Assembly (NCBI GenBank): GCA_963750165.1
Contig: CAVVPN010000003.1
Span: forward strand, 320,001 to 384,000
DNA: 64,000 nt
Source of the DNA: an uncultured Gemmataceae bacterium
GTDB taxonomy: Bacteria; Planctomycetota; Planctomycetia; Gemmatales; Gemmataceae
Direction of reading: 5' to 3'
Shown here: one piece after another, positions 29,681-42,439 of the stretch
Numbering within the stretch: position 1 is the stretch's first letter
Layout: each line of letters begins with the position of its first letter
Notes under the pieces: generated by a model
Told to the model about the DNA's origin: nothing
The model's input: the letters and a program-made list of their open reading frames with translations, nothing else
The model's database searches: none
Translations under genes and position numbers: made by a program

Positions 29681-31576
29681 TCAACGACCGCCGTCCCGCG
29701 CCGGGTAGACGACGTAACTGCGGCCCTCACCGTCCGAAACCAGTCCGCAGCCGAGGCAGCGCAGGGCGCCCTCGCCCTCGGCGATCAGCCGGCCGAGCCG
29801 GGCCGCGTCGATCTTCAGGTACACGCCGCTCGGCCGCGACGCCACCAGCTGCCGCAGCCAGTCGCTCAGGTCCAGGCAGGCGTCGCGCCGGTCGTTGTGG
29901 CAGTCTTCCTGCCCGACGAGCCGCAGGGCACGCGGATCGACCGGGACGTACACGGACGCCAGCCGATCAACCGCCGGCAACTCCTGCTCCTCCGAATCCT
30001 CGGTCGCCGGCGTGGACGACTCTTCCGTCGTGACGGTGATCGCCGGCGGCACCTCGGTAATTTCCCACAGCACGCGGTCCAGCGCCTCGATCATGTCCCA
30101 CGCGCCGCTGTCCTTCGGTGGCTCCTGCTCCTCCGCGGGCATCTCGCTGGCGCGCTGCTGCTCGATCTGAAACATGCGCTCGATGGCCAGGCGGCCGACG
30201 AGGCTTTCGGGACAGACCATGTGAACTTCCTGGAAGAAGGCATACGCCCGCTCCAGGTCGTTGGCGTTGAAGCAGCGCTCCGCCTCGTGGAACAACTCTT
30301 CCGCCTTGCTCTGGCGGTCGTCGGCGGGCCGCGGCGGCACGGTGGCCGGCGGCACCAGCGGATACCACTGCGGCTCCGGTCGCAGTTCGCGGCGCTGATG
30401 CGGCGACGGCGGCTCTTCCGCCTCCTCCACGCCGGATTCCCATTCCACGGCGCGGCGCAACTTGATCTGGGTGACGCGCACCGCCGCCTTGTGGGCGTAG
30501 CTGCTGGCGGGGCACGCTTCCATCGCTTCCTTGTAAAAGCGGCACGCCATGTCCCGGTCGCCGTTGCGACGGCAGTGCTCGCCGATGAGGTACAGATCAC
30601 GGGCGTCCTTCATGTTCTGCACGTCCGTCTCGCGCAGCACTGGCCGCGCCGGCAACATATGGGCGAACGGGCAGCACGGGCTGCCGTGCTCGTTCTCGTA
30701 ACACGGGCCGTCGTGCTGCGCCCCCGGCCGACAAGCTTCCGCCGCCTGCGCCAGCTCCTCGGCCAGCTCGCGCAGGAACCGCGCCAACTCTTCGACCTCT
30801 TCGCGAGCCGCCTGCTCCTCTTCGGTCGTGTTCGGCTCCTCGGGCATTTGCAGGCTGTCGTCGGACCACGTCTTCCAAAATTCGGACAGGGTGAACAGCC
30901 GGACCTCGGCCATCGCGGCCAGGTTGCTGTTGGGGCACAGGCGCTGCACTTCCTCGTAGCAGTTGCGGGCCATGTCGTCATCGCCCCGGACGCGGCAGCG
31001 TTCGCCGATCAGGAACAGATGTCGGGCCTCCTTCAACCGGACGGTCACGGCCGGCTCCGGCGGGATGTCGCGCTCGAGGATTGTCGAGGATACCGTGGGC
31101 GGCTCAGTGCAGAGCGTGCGGAACGAGCCGGTCCAGCCGTTCCACTCGTACGTCAGGCCGCCGCCGGGCAGAAAGGGCTCGCCGTCGGGGAACAGTTCCG
31201 TCTTGTCGGAAACGAAGTCATCAATCTTACGGATCGATGACCCCTCTCTGAAAGTCGGGAGCATTTCCCCGGTTTTCTCCGGCGTCCGCTCCTGACCGAA
31301 ATTCAGTTCGATGCCACTCGCGGGCGTGGCGGCCACCGCCTGCCAGACGTGGCGCACGACGGTCAGTACGGACGTGGTGAGATGCCTGCAGCCCGTGACG
31401 GCGGCCGTGGGCTGCTTCTCCTGGTCCACGATGGGGTCCGCGGCGAAGGCGGCACAACTGGGCCGCGGGTCGAGCGGCAGGTCGGCCGGGTGCTGGGCGG
31501 CGGCCGTCGCCGGGGTCAGGCCGGCCAACGTCAGCACGGCCGCGGTGAGTGTGGCGCTCACAAAGCGCTTGGACAT
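29681..31576 (-). CDS. Exported acidic protein with three dispersed TPR-like Cys-containing modules
   Basis: ARHLFLIGERC..CPNS, ARDLYLIGEHC..CPAS, AEELFHEAERC..CPES. Confidence 0.7.
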   Translation of the reverse strand: MSKRFVSATLTAAVLTLAGLTPATAAAQHPADLPLDPRPSCAAFAADPIVDQEKQPTAAVTGCRHLTTSVLTVVRHVWQAVAATPASGIELNFGQERTPEKTGEMLPTFREGSSIRKIDDFVSDKTELFPDGEPFLPGGGLTYEWNGWTGSFRTLCTEPPTVSSTILERDIPPEPAVTVRLKEARHLFLIGERCRVRGDDDMARNCYEEVQRLCPNSNLAAMAEVRLFTLSEFWKTWSDDSLQMPEEPNTTEEEQAAREEVEELARFLRELAEELAQAAEACRPGAQHDGPCYENEHGSPCCPFAHMLPARPVLRETDVQNMKDARDLYLIGEHCRRNGDRDMACRFYKEAMEACPASSYAHKAAVRVTQIKLRRAVEWESGVEEAEEPPSPHQRRELRPEPQWYPLVPPATVPPRPADDRQSKAEELFHEAERCFNANDLERAYAFFQEVHMVCPESLVGRLAIERMFQIEQQRASEMPAEEQEPPKDSGAWDMIEALDRVLWEITEVPPAITVTTEESSTPATEDSEEQELPAVDRLASVYVPVDPRALRLVGQEDCHNDRRDACLDLSDWLRQLVASRPSGVYLKIDAARLGRLIAEGEGALRCLGCGLVSDGEGRSYVVYPARDGGR

Positions 31577-31669
31577 GAACGATTCCCTCCGTTCCTGGGA
31601 AAAAACGTCGGCCACCCTTAGCGGGAGACGGTCGCCGACGATCCGACACAAGACATGAACTCTGTACCG

Positions 31670-32308
31670 TCAGGCGAAGCGCAGGTGGCGCACTGTCGCC
31701 GGCGGCACGTTGAGAAAGACCCATTGCTCGCGGAACTGGTGGGCGCGGAGTTGCCGTCCCAGCAGGTCGCCGAGCCGGCGCAACCGCTGCCGCTCCGCGG
31801 CGGCAGACAGCAGCCCTTTCAGATCGCGAACCCACAGGTACTCGAAGTAGGACAGGACACCGCCCGGCCGCAGCAGCCGCCGATAGGCCGCGAAGACCTC
31901 CGCCACCAACGACAGGGAGAAGTTGTTCAGCGGCAGCCCCGAAACCAGAAAGTCGTAACACCCCGAGCCGGGCACGTCCTGCAGCGGGGTGTGCAGCAGT
32001 CGAACCTGACCGCGACGGTCGCGGAACAGCGGCTCCTCGGCGAAGCGGCGCTGCAACAGGGCGACGAAGTGCTCGTTGATCTCCACGAGGTCCAGGTGAT
32101 CGCCGGGCCGCAGCAGCCGCAGCAGGGCCACAGTCACGGCGCCGGTGCCGGGACCGACTTCGAGCACACGCCGCGGCGGCGCCGCCTTGTGGACCTCGGA
32201 CGCCAGGGCACGGGCCAGGACGGGACTGCTGGGCAGGACGGACCCGGTGTCGTGGTAGCGGGTGCGAAACTGGCGCCAGAATTCCTGGCACAACGTCCAG
32301 TAGCGCAT
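31670..32308 (-). CDS. Lipid N-methyltransferase (Sinorhizobium-type PmtA / OlsG-like)
   Basis: TGSVLPSSPVLA, VLEVGPGTGAVT, VEINEHF, VSGLPL, NVPPA. Confidence 0.8.
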   Translation of the reverse strand: MRYWTLCQEFWRQFRTRYHDTGSVLPSSPVLARALASEVHKAAPPRRVLEVGPGTGAVTVALLRLLRPGDHLDLVEINEHFVALLQRRFAEEPLFRDRRGQVRLLHTPLQDVPGSGCYDFLVSGLPLNNFSLSLVAEVFAAYRRLLRPGGVLSYFEYLWVRDLKGLLSAAAERQRLRRLGDLLGRQLRAHQFREQWVFLNVPPATVRHLRFA

Positions 32309-32406
32309 GCTGTGCCTCGGCGGCCGTCTCTGACGTGAGGTGCCTCTCCTCGCGTCGGCGGGATAGCATACCGTTTTTTCCAGGGCGAACAACGCGAACT
32401 CGCGGC

Positions 32407-32644
32407 TAGAGCGATTTGCGTTTGGGTGTAGCGGAAGTCGCCAGACTTCCGAAGCCGCTACGGAAGTCTGGCGACTTCCGCTACGAGCAAGCCGCTACAC
32501 TCGACCGCAAAGTGCTCTAAGCAGGCGTCCGCGGTTGGGTAGCGCGTTATTTCGTCCGGGCCGCGCACGCAGCGCAGCGAAGTAAGCGGCCACACCAGAG
32601 CGGCGCTTACTCCGCTGCGCTGCGTGCGCGGCTCGGAGCGCTGC

Positions 32645-32647
<3 letters not shown>
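32407..32647. mobile_element. Two abutting TA-bounded palindromic elements
   Basis: TAGAGCGATTTGCG..CGCAAAGTGCTCTA (32407-32519) and TAAGCAG..CTGCTTA (32518-32647), each holding a REP doublet. Confidence 0.78.
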
Positions 32648-35406
<2,759 letters not shown>

Positions 35407-35422
35407 GACGCCGCCTCGATGG

Positions 35423-35803
35423 TCATGAGCACACTCCGGCGGTCGCCAGGCGCGCCATGCGTTCGGCGAAAGCGATGGGATCCTCAGTCAGCGGCTTAGT
35501 CACATACTCCTTGCAGCCGCAGGCCAGCGCCTGGCGAATGTCCTCCTGCAGCGCGTGTGCCGACAGCGCCACCACAGGGATGTCCGCCCGTGCGGGGTCT
35601 TTCTTGATGAGGCGCAGGAACGACAGGCCGTCCATGCCGGGCAACTGGATGTCGAGCAGGATCAGGTCCGGTTTATGATGTTCGAGCAACGCCAGCGCGA
35701 TCTCGGCGGTCTCGGCCTCCAGCACCTCGAACTGCATCTCCATGATGTCCCGGAACAGTTTCCGGTTCATGAAGTTGTCTTCCACCATCAGGACCAGCGG
35801 CAT
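35423..35803 (-). CDS. Single-domain response regulator (DivK-like)
   Basis: VEDN, LLDIQLPGMDG, ALSAHA, YVTKP. Confidence 0.93.
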   Translation of the reverse strand: MPLVLMVEDNFMNRKLFRDIMEMQFEVLEAETAEIALALLEHHKPDLILLDIQLPGMDGLSFLRLIKKDPARADIPVVALSAHALQEDIRQALACGCKEYVTKPLTEDPIAFAERMARLATAGVCS

Positions 35804-35898
35804 GGAACGCTCCTCGGACAGCGACCCGGCAACGCGCCAAAGGCACAGGAGCCGCGGCGGCCCTGTGCCTCAAAGATCAGGCGCTGGGGTGAAGCGCA

Positions 35899-35940
35899 GC
35901 TTCATGTGGGGCAGACAGGAATGTCTGCCCCACATGAAGC
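35899..35940. repeat. REP hairpin (GTGGGGCAGAC family)
   Basis: GCTTCAT-GTGGGGCAGACAGGAATGTCTGCCCCAC-ATGAAGC. Confidence 0.85.
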
Positions 35941-35965
35941 GGCAGAAAAGCACCACCCCACTCTG

Positions 35966-36694
35966 TTATTTCTTGAACCGATCCACGGCCTTGCGCACGC
36001 CCGCGGCCAGGTCCTGGGCCGCACCGCTCAGCCGCGTGGAAAAGTCATTCCATTCCTGGGCCGTGGCGTGCTGCACATGCTCGTACTGCTTGCTCAGCTC
36101 CTGCCGCTGCTTTTCCAGGCGGCTAACTTCCTTGTCCATTTCTTCTTTGGCCTTGCCCGTTGCGGTCTTGGCCCGCGCCTGGAGGTCTTTCATGTCGGCG
36201 TCGATGTCTTTCATCGTCTTGCCGATGTCCGCACTCAGTTTCTCGCGGTCCTTCTTGAGCTTCTCCTCGGCCGCGACCGGGCTGTGCAGGCTGGTGTGAC
36301 CGGTGGCCTTCCTGATCTCGATGGTAATCGAGCGCGAATCCGAGACGCCGCCGCCGGAGGCCATCACGGTCATGGTGTTCTTGCCCGGTTTGGCTTTCTC
36401 GCCGGCCTTCAACTTGAGGATGACTTCCTTCTTGCCCTTCTCGATCTTGGGCTCCTTGTCCAGCAGGACAACGCCCTCTGGCAGCTTGTCCACCGTGACT
36501 GTGACCGGCTCGTCAAAGTTCTTGCGCTCGATGCTGACGGTCACCTTCTGCTCGCCGTTCTGGTCGATCTCCACATCCTTTGGCGTCGAGAGCGTGAACT
36601 TCTTGCCGTCCTTGCCCTCAGGAGGCGATTTCTGCGTGTTGCAGCCCGCAACCACCAGAACCATCAGCGCCACCGGAACGAGCACGTTCTTCAT
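35966..36694 (-). CDS. Lipoprotein with Ig-like beta domain and C-terminal coiled coil
   Basis: AAGGAG RBS, lipobox VAGC, VTVTVDKLPEGV; Lys/Glu helical tail with ATAQEWNDF. Confidence 0.8.
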   Translation of the reverse strand: MKNVLVPVALMVLVVAGCNTQKSPPEGKDGKKFTLSTPKDVEIDQNGEQKVTVSIERKNFDEPVTVTVDKLPEGVVLLDKEPKIEKGKKEVILKLKAGEKAKPGKNTMTVMASGGGVSDSRSITIEIRKATGHTSLHSPVAAEEKLKKDREKLSADIGKTMKDIDADMKDLQARAKTATGKAKEEMDKEVSRLEKQRQELSKQYEHVQHATAQEWNDFSTRLSGAAQDLAAGVRKAVDRFKK

Positions 36695-36815
36695 CCTTGC
36701 ACTCCTTTGTACAGCTACCCAAAACTGGAACCCGTATGACGAAATCCGTTCGGCCGCGGACCCTGGGCGAATGCGTCGCGCTCGTCCAGAGCCCCCGGCC
36801 AAACGGTGGATCGGC

Positions 36816-37043
36816 TCACGCCTCGTGCGGCCGCCGTCCCAGCAAGATCAACAGACCTCCGACCACCAACGTAGTGATGCCCACGATGGGCGGCAACCAG
36901 ACCGTATGCTCCCGCGTCTGGTTGACCGACATCGGCCCAACCTGCGCCACCTGATCGTGCGTGAAGTACGTGAAACCCTGGTAACCCAGGGCGAGAATGC
37001 CCAGCGCCACCAGAATCAGGCCGAGAATCACCAGGAATCGCAT
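36816..37043 (-). CDS. Small two-TM membrane protein (DUF3185-like)
   Basis: GLILVALGILALGYQGFTY..VGP..PPIVG. Confidence 0.75.
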   Translation of the reverse strand: MRFLVILGLILVALGILALGYQGFTYFTHDQVAQVGPMSVNQTREHTVWLPPIVGITTLVVGGLLILLGRRPHEA

Positions 37044-37127
37044 GGCGTCTCTCCTCTCTGTGCCGAAAAAAAGCGCTGCTGTCGCCGATCCACGGCGGCC
37101 GGCGTTATTGTCCGTCTCACTTCTTGA

Positions 37128-37143
37128 AGCAGCTTGTGTGCCG
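37128..37143 (-). promoter_or_regulatory. Putative sigma54 promoter
   Basis: Minus strand CGGCACACAAGCTGCT, GG-N10-GC, ~85 nt upstream of the DUF3185-like gene. Confidence 0.5.
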
Positions 37144-37346
37144 CCAGTGTCGCCGCCGCGCTAATTTTTCGGAACCCGTTCCTGCCTGGGGAGTTGCAAT
37201 CCCTGGGTTCCGCCAAAACGCCGCCGATGCGTGAGAATCGCGCTGCCCGGTTGCATGCGGTTGACTTCCCAGATAGGATGAGAGAAAGGGACCACCTTTC
37301 CGACCCAAGCAGGACGTTTCCCAACCATATTCCCCTTGAGCGTTCC

Positions 37347-38825
37347 ATGGTCACCTCCCCCACTTCAACGCCCACGGCTCTGACCGCCAGGCCGGTCCCC
37401 GCCCGAACGCCGACCGCCGAACTCCATCCGCGCATTCTCATCGCCGAGGACAATGCGCCGCTGCGCCAGCAACTCCGGCAGGTGCTGGAAACCGAACCGG
37501 GCGTGAGCGTGGAGACGACCGGCGACGGCCAGGAAGCCCTCGACCTGCTGACGCGCAGCGGTCGTCCGTTCAGCATTATCCTGACCGACCTGAAATTGCC
37601 CGGCCTCGACGGCCTGCAACTCGTGGAGCAGATTCAGAAGCAGGCACTTCCCGTCACGGCCATCGTTTTCACCGCCTACGGCAGCATCCAGGATGCCGTC
37701 CACGCCATGCGCCTCGGGGCTCATGACTTCTTACCCAAACCCATCGACCCCGACCACCTGCTGCTGGTCGTCCGCCGCGCCCTGCGCGAGCGCGCCCTGC
37801 GCGACGAAATCCTGGAACTGCGCGAGCAGATGCAGGAGCGCTACGCCTTCCAGAACATTTTGAGCAAGAATCCGCAGATGCACGCCATCTTCGAGCTGAT
37901 TACCAACGTGGCCCAGACCACCACGACGGTGCTCATCGAGGGCGAGACCGGCACCGGCAAGGAGTTGATCGCCCGCGCCATCCACCAGGCGTCGGCGCGC
38001 TGGCGCACGGGCGCGTTTGTCGCCGTCAACTGCGCGGCGCTGCCCGAGACGCTGCTCGAAAGTGAGCTGTTCGGCCACGAAAAGGGGGCGTTCACCGGCG
38101 CTGCCGGGGCGCGCGTCGGCCGCTTCGAGGCGGCGCACGGCGGCACCCTGTTCCTGGACGAGCTGGGCGAAATCCCGCCGTCGATCCAGGTGAAACTGCT
38201 GCGCGTGCTGCAGGACCACAGTTTCGAGCGCGTCGGCGGCAGCAAGAGCGTCGAAGTGGACGTGCGTCTGGTGGCGGCCACCAACAAGTCGTTGAAAATG
38301 CTGACGCGCAAGGGCAAGTTCCGCGAGGACCTGTATTTCCGCGTCAACGTGGTGCGCCTCGAGCTGCCGCCGTTGCGCGATCGTCCCGAGGACATTCCGC
38401 TGCTGGCGGCGCACTTCGCGGTCAAGTACAGCCGGCTCGGTCAGGCGCCGAAGCAGTTCAGCCCCAAGGCAATGGAGGTGCTGCTCAACTACAACTGGCC
38501 GGGCAACGTCCGCGAACTGGAGAACGTCATCGAACGGGCCTGCGTGGTCTCGCCCGGGGAGGTGATCGGCCCGGCGCAGCTGCCGCCAGACCTGGTGGCC
38601 CCGGCGCCGCCGCGGCTGCCCCTGCGCATCAACCTGGAACGCGGATTGCACGAGCAGATGCAGGAACTGGCGGCCCAGTTCGAGCAACAGTACCTGCGCA
38701 AAGCACTGAAAAAGGCGCGCGGCAACGTCGGCCGTTGCGCGGAGATCTGCAATCTGTCGCGGCGAAGCCTGTCCACCAAACTCGCCGAATACAAACTCGA
38801 CAAGAACGAATTCAAGGGCTCATGA
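37347..38825 (+). CDS. NtrC-family sigma54-dependent response regulator
   Basis: REC (LTDLKLP), [38 protein letters not shown], Fis HTH. Confidence 0.96.
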   Translation: MVTSPTSTPTALTARPVPARTPTAELHPRILIAEDNAPLRQQLRQVLETEPGVSVETTGDGQEALDLLTRSGRPFSIILTDLKLPGLDGLQLVEQIQKQALPVTAIVFTAYGSIQDAVHAMRLGAHDFLPKPIDPDHLLLVVRRALRERALRDEILELREQMQERYAFQNILSKNPQMHAIFELITNVAQTTTTVLIEGETGTGKELIARAIHQASARWRTGAFVAVNCAALPETLLESELFGHEKGAFTGAAGARVGRFEAAHGGTLFLDELGEIPPSIQVKLLRVLQDHSFERVGGSKSVEVDVRLVAATNKSLKMLTRKGKFREDLYFRVNVVRLELPPLRDRPEDIPLLAAHFAVKYSRLGQAPKQFSPKAMEVLLNYNWPGNVRELENVIERACVVSPGEVIGPAQLPPDLVAPAPPRLPLRINLERGLHEQMQELAAQFEQQYLRKALKKARGNVGRCAEICNLSRRSLSTKLAEYKLDKNEFKGS

Positions 38826-39933
38826 GCCAACCCACCCCCCCCGCGCGGCCTGGAGCGCACGCCATCGCGGCCATTCTACGGCAAATGCCGGACAGTCTGG
38901 CCCGAGCCTGCCAGCTGGCCCAGTTGCTGCGGGCGCATTGGCCCGAGGCCAAGCTGTATGCCTGTCAGGTGCCGGACGGGGCCGCTACAGCGCTGTGCGT
39001 GCTCGACGACACCGGCACCGAGCAACCCACCTGGGAGGCTGCGCTGGCACCGCGGCTGCGCAAACCGGGCGCACGTTCGCGCCGCCGCCTGCGCTGCACC
39101 TGGAGGGCCAACGGTTGTACAGCGCCGGCGGCGGCCGGCTCGGCTTCCCACGGACGGTGCTGGCGCTGGCCCTGCCCGAGGCACGCGACCGCCAGGCCCT
39201 GGCGGCGGCGCGGCGCGACCTGGCGGCCTGGGCCGAGGAGGTCGCTTTCCACCTGTGCCTGGAAGCGCACGGCGGCGGTGGTTTGCTGGTGCGCCAGGAG
39301 TTGGCGGAGGAGCGTGGCCTGGGCAACGTGTGTGAGGCCAGCGGCGTCTTTCTGCACGAACTGGGCAATTCCTTGAACGTGCTGCTGTTCGAGTTGGCGA
39401 TCCTGGAGCGAAAGTCGCCGGAGGAGTTGCGCGGCAGTCTGGCGGGACTGCGCGAGGTGGGCCGCGACATCGCATGCCAGATGCAGGAGCTGCGCAGCTA
39501 CGAGGACAGCCAGCGGACGGCGGTGTACGCCGTGGACCTGAACGCCGTGGTGCGGGCGGCGGCGGACGAGGGCCTGACCGTCTGGGCGGCGCCCGCGACG
39601 CTGACGCTGGAGGCCAACCTGCCGGCGGTGCTGGCGACGGTGGCCGACGTGCAGCGACTGCTGCGGTTGCTGGTCGGAGTGGCGGCGCGGGTGCCGGAGG
39701 CGCGGCCGCCGCTGGAACTGCAAACGCGCCGGGCGGCGGAGGGCGTGCAACTGCGCCTGTGCTGGGCCGGCCCGGAGAGCGCCGAGCCGCCGACGCTGCC
39801 ACAGGTCCAGGAGGTGCAGTTTGCCTGGCCCGTCTGTCAGCGGCTGGTGCGCCGCCTGCGGGGGGTGCTGCGGCTGGAGCCGCAACCGAGCGGCGGCGCC
39901 CTGTGCGTCGATCTAGCGGCGGCCTCCGCGTGA
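38822..39933 (+). CDS. Histidine-kinase-like protein with intact H-box and degenerate ATPase domain; apparent frameshift ~39075
   Basis: [39 protein letters not shown]1 and G2 boxes not recognisable. Confidence 0.65.
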
Positions 39934-39999
39934 CTTCCACGAGAAGCGCATTTCTCAGCTGCTTGAACCACTCGCCTCACCCGTCGGCCCTTTTTCTTC

Positions 40000-40015
40000 T
40001 GGCACGGCGCTTGCA
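40000..40015 (+). promoter_or_regulatory. Consensus sigma54 -24/-12 promoter upstream of csbD
   Basis: TGGCACGGCGCTTGCA. Confidence 0.8.
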
Positions 40016-40174
40016 ACACGAACATTTACTTCCCATTTCTCGCCCGGGCAAGAGGCCGGAAGGTTGGCGGGAAATGAAATGATTTGCTGACGGTGCCGGA
40101 CGCGACGAGGTGACCGCGCACCGCTGACGGATCGGCTGTACCAAGTATCGATCAGAGCAGAAAAGGAGGCAACG

Positions 40175-40363
40175 ATGAACGCGACGAGCCAGAAGTGGGA
40201 GGGCCGTTGGGACCAGTTGAAAGGCAAGGTCAAACAGGCCTGGGGCATGTTGACCGACGATGACCTCAAGCAGGTGGAAGGCAAGTACGATCAGTTGATC
40301 GGCCTCATCAAGACGAAGACAGGCAAGACGCAGGCCGAGATCGAAAAGCAACTGAACGACTGA
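40175..40363 (+). CDS. csbD: CsbD-family stress protein
   Basis: [32 protein letters not shown]. Confidence 0.92.
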   Translation: MNATSQKWEGRWDQLKGKVKQAWGMLTDDDLKQVEGKYDQLIGLIKTKTGKTQAEIEKQLND

Positions 40364-40392
40364 CGACCGGGGCCGGAAGTGCGAGGCGCGAG

Positions 40393-40429
40393 GACCGCCG
40401 TCCTGGAAACGGGGCGGCGGTCTTTGTGT
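40393..40429 (+). terminator. Intrinsic terminator after csbD
   Basis: GACCGCCGTCC-tggaaacg-GGGCGGCGGTC followed by TTTGTGT. Confidence 0.6.
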
Positions 40430-40609
40430 GCGCCCGTCCTGGTTTCGGATCCTCTTTCGTGGGGCAGGCTGGGCGGTATAATGCTTGAGGAAGTGCCAGG
40501 GAGGGCTTGCATCTCGTTTCATTTCTCAGACCCCCTGAAATCTCCGGGGGTCGCGCTGATTCCCTGCAACCAGTTGGTCGAGGCACGGCGCCCCCGACGG
40601 CGTTTGCCC

Positions 40610-40710
40610 TTGACGCCGCCCTTCGGCGGTCGCTACAGTTTTCGTAGACAGCGTTGCGTCTGCACCGGGAATGCCTGATGCCACTGGGCGGCACAGGCGT
40701 TTTTTATGTC
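40610..40710 (+). promoter_or_regulatory. purA promoter and leader with hairpin plus intrinsic terminator
   Basis: TTGACG-N18-TACAGT; GTAGAC..GTCTGC stem; AATGCCTG..CAGGCGTT followed by T-run. Confidence 0.55.
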
Positions 40711-40769
40711 CTGAAACCAAGCGGGGCCGTCGCGCAACCCGAGCGCGGCCCCCGAGCTGGGTGGCTGGA

Positions 40770-42059
40770 ATGGCCTACACCTGCGTGGTCGGCCTGCAAT
40801 GGGGCGACGAGGCCAAGGGGAAAATCGTCGATCTGCTCACCGAACAGCACGACTTCGTTGTGCGTTACAACGGCGGCGCCAACGCCGGCCATACCGTCGT
40901 CAAGAACGGCCAGACCTTCAAGTTCTCGTTGCTGCCGACCGGCATCCTGCAACCCCACGTCCAGGCGGTCATCGGCAACGGCGTCGTCGTCAATCCGGTG
41001 CGCTTCTTCGAGGAGGTCCACCAGTTGCGCGCCGCCGGCGTCAGCATCGGCGACAACCTCGTCGTCAGCGACCACGCTCATGTCATCTTCCCCTACCACG
41101 TCGAGGAGGAGCGGTTGACCGAACAGGGCGGCGGCCAGGTCATCGGCACCACCGGCCGTGGCATCGGTCCGTGTTACATGGACAAGGTGAGCCGCAGTTT
41201 CGGCGTCCGCGTCGGCGAGTTGCTGTACCCGGACCACCTGCGCGAACGGCTGCGGCTGATCGTGGCCCGCAAGAACCGCATCATCGCGGCGCTGGCCAAC
41301 GGTGACGGCAAGCAGTTCGACGCCGACGCCCTGGCGGCGGACTTCGCGAATCACGGCGCGGCGCTGCGGCCGCACATCCGGGACACGGCGCGGCTGCTGC
41401 ACGAGGCCGGCAAGCAGGGCAAGCGCGTGCTGTTCGAGGCGGCCCAGGGCAGTCTGCTCGACATCGACCACGGCACCTATCCGTATGTGACCAGTTCCAA
41501 CAGTTCGACGGCCGGCGTCTGGAGCGGCTCGGGCGTGTCGGCGCGGAAGCTGGAGCGTGTCATCGGCGTGCTGAAGGCGTACACCACGCGCGTTGGCCGC
41601 GGCCCGTTCCCGACGGAGCTGAACGACGGCCCCGACGGCATCGGCGAGCGCATCCGCCGCACCGGGCGCGAGTACGGCACCGTCACCGGCCGGCCGCGGC
41701 GCTGCGGCTGGTTCGACGCCGTGGCCGCCCGCTACACCGCGGCGCTGTCCGGCGCCGACCAGCTGGCGGTGATGCTGCTCGACGTGCTCAGCGTCGTCGA
41801 GGAACTGAAGGTGTGCGTCGCCTACGAACTGGACGGCGCACGCATCGACTACTTCCCGGCGGACGCTTTTTTGCTGGAGCGCTGCCGGCCGGTGTACGAG
41901 ACGCTGCCGGGCTGGCGCGTGCCGGTGGACGCGTCGCGGCGGCTGGCGGACCTGCCGGCGGCGGCACGGCGCGATGTGGAGCGGCTGTGCGAATTGGTGG
42001 AGCTGCCGGTGACGATGGTGTCGGTCGGGCCGGATCGGGCGCAGACGATTGTGGTGTGA
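40770..42059 (+). CDS. purA: Adenylosuccinate synthetase
   Basis: QWGDEAKGK, GGANAGHT, IGTTGRGIGPCY, GTYPYVTSS, EYGTVTGRPRRCGW. Confidence 0.98.
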   Translation: MAYTCVVGLQWGDEAKGKIVDLLTEQHDFVVRYNGGANAGHTVVKNGQTFKFSLLPTGILQPHVQAVIGNGVVVNPVRFFEEVHQLRAAGVSIGDNLVVSDHAHVIFPYHVEEERLTEQGGGQVIGTTGRGIGPCYMDKVSRSFGVRVGELLYPDHLRERLRLIVARKNRIIAALANGDGKQFDADALAADFANHGAALRPHIRDTARLLHEAGKQGKRVLFEAAQGSLLDIDHGTYPYVTSSNSSTAGVWSGSGVSARKLERVIGVLKAYTTRVGRGPFPTELNDGPDGIGERIRRTGREYGTVTGRPRRCGWFDAVAARYTAALSGADQLAVMLLDVLSVVEELKVCVAYELDGARIDYFPADAFLLERCRPVYETLPGWRVPVDASRRLADLPAAARRDVERLCELVELPVTMVSVGPDRAQTIVV

Positions 42060-42096
42060 GGCCCAGCGGAATTGTTTAGATTGACAGGACAAGCGG

Positions 42097-42396
42097 ATGG
42101 CAATTCGCAAGAAAGGGGCGCGCCGCATTGTGGTCGATGGTGAGCCGTACCTCTGGCGGGTGCGTCAAAAACCGTCCTACATTCAGGGGCTCGGGTGGAC
42201 CAGCCTGACAGTCGCGGTACAGCACGCGACCGCATCGGGAACTACCCTCGTCGGCCGTGTACGCCGACCGCGGTTAGACAACTGGGGGGAGTTGCCGTCC
42301 GCCCCAGTGATACCGTCTGAAGTGGCTGACCTGATCCGTCAAGCCATCGCGGCCGGTTGGCAGCCACGTGTCCCCGGCAAGCAATTTATCTTGTAA
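42097..42396 (+). CDS. Hypothetical protein
   Basis: 99-aa ORF, KKGARRIVVDG.Y.WRVR..AI.AGW.P pattern; lower-GC islet. Confidence 0.65.
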   Translation: MAIRKKGARRIVVDGEPYLWRVRQKPSYIQGLGWTSLTVAVQHATASGTTLVGRVRRPRLDNWGELPSAPVIPSEVADLIRQAIAAGWQPRVPGKQFIL

Positions 42397-42439
42397 CGAA
42401 TAAACTGCTCATTATCGTCGAACGCGACTGGAGTGAGCC

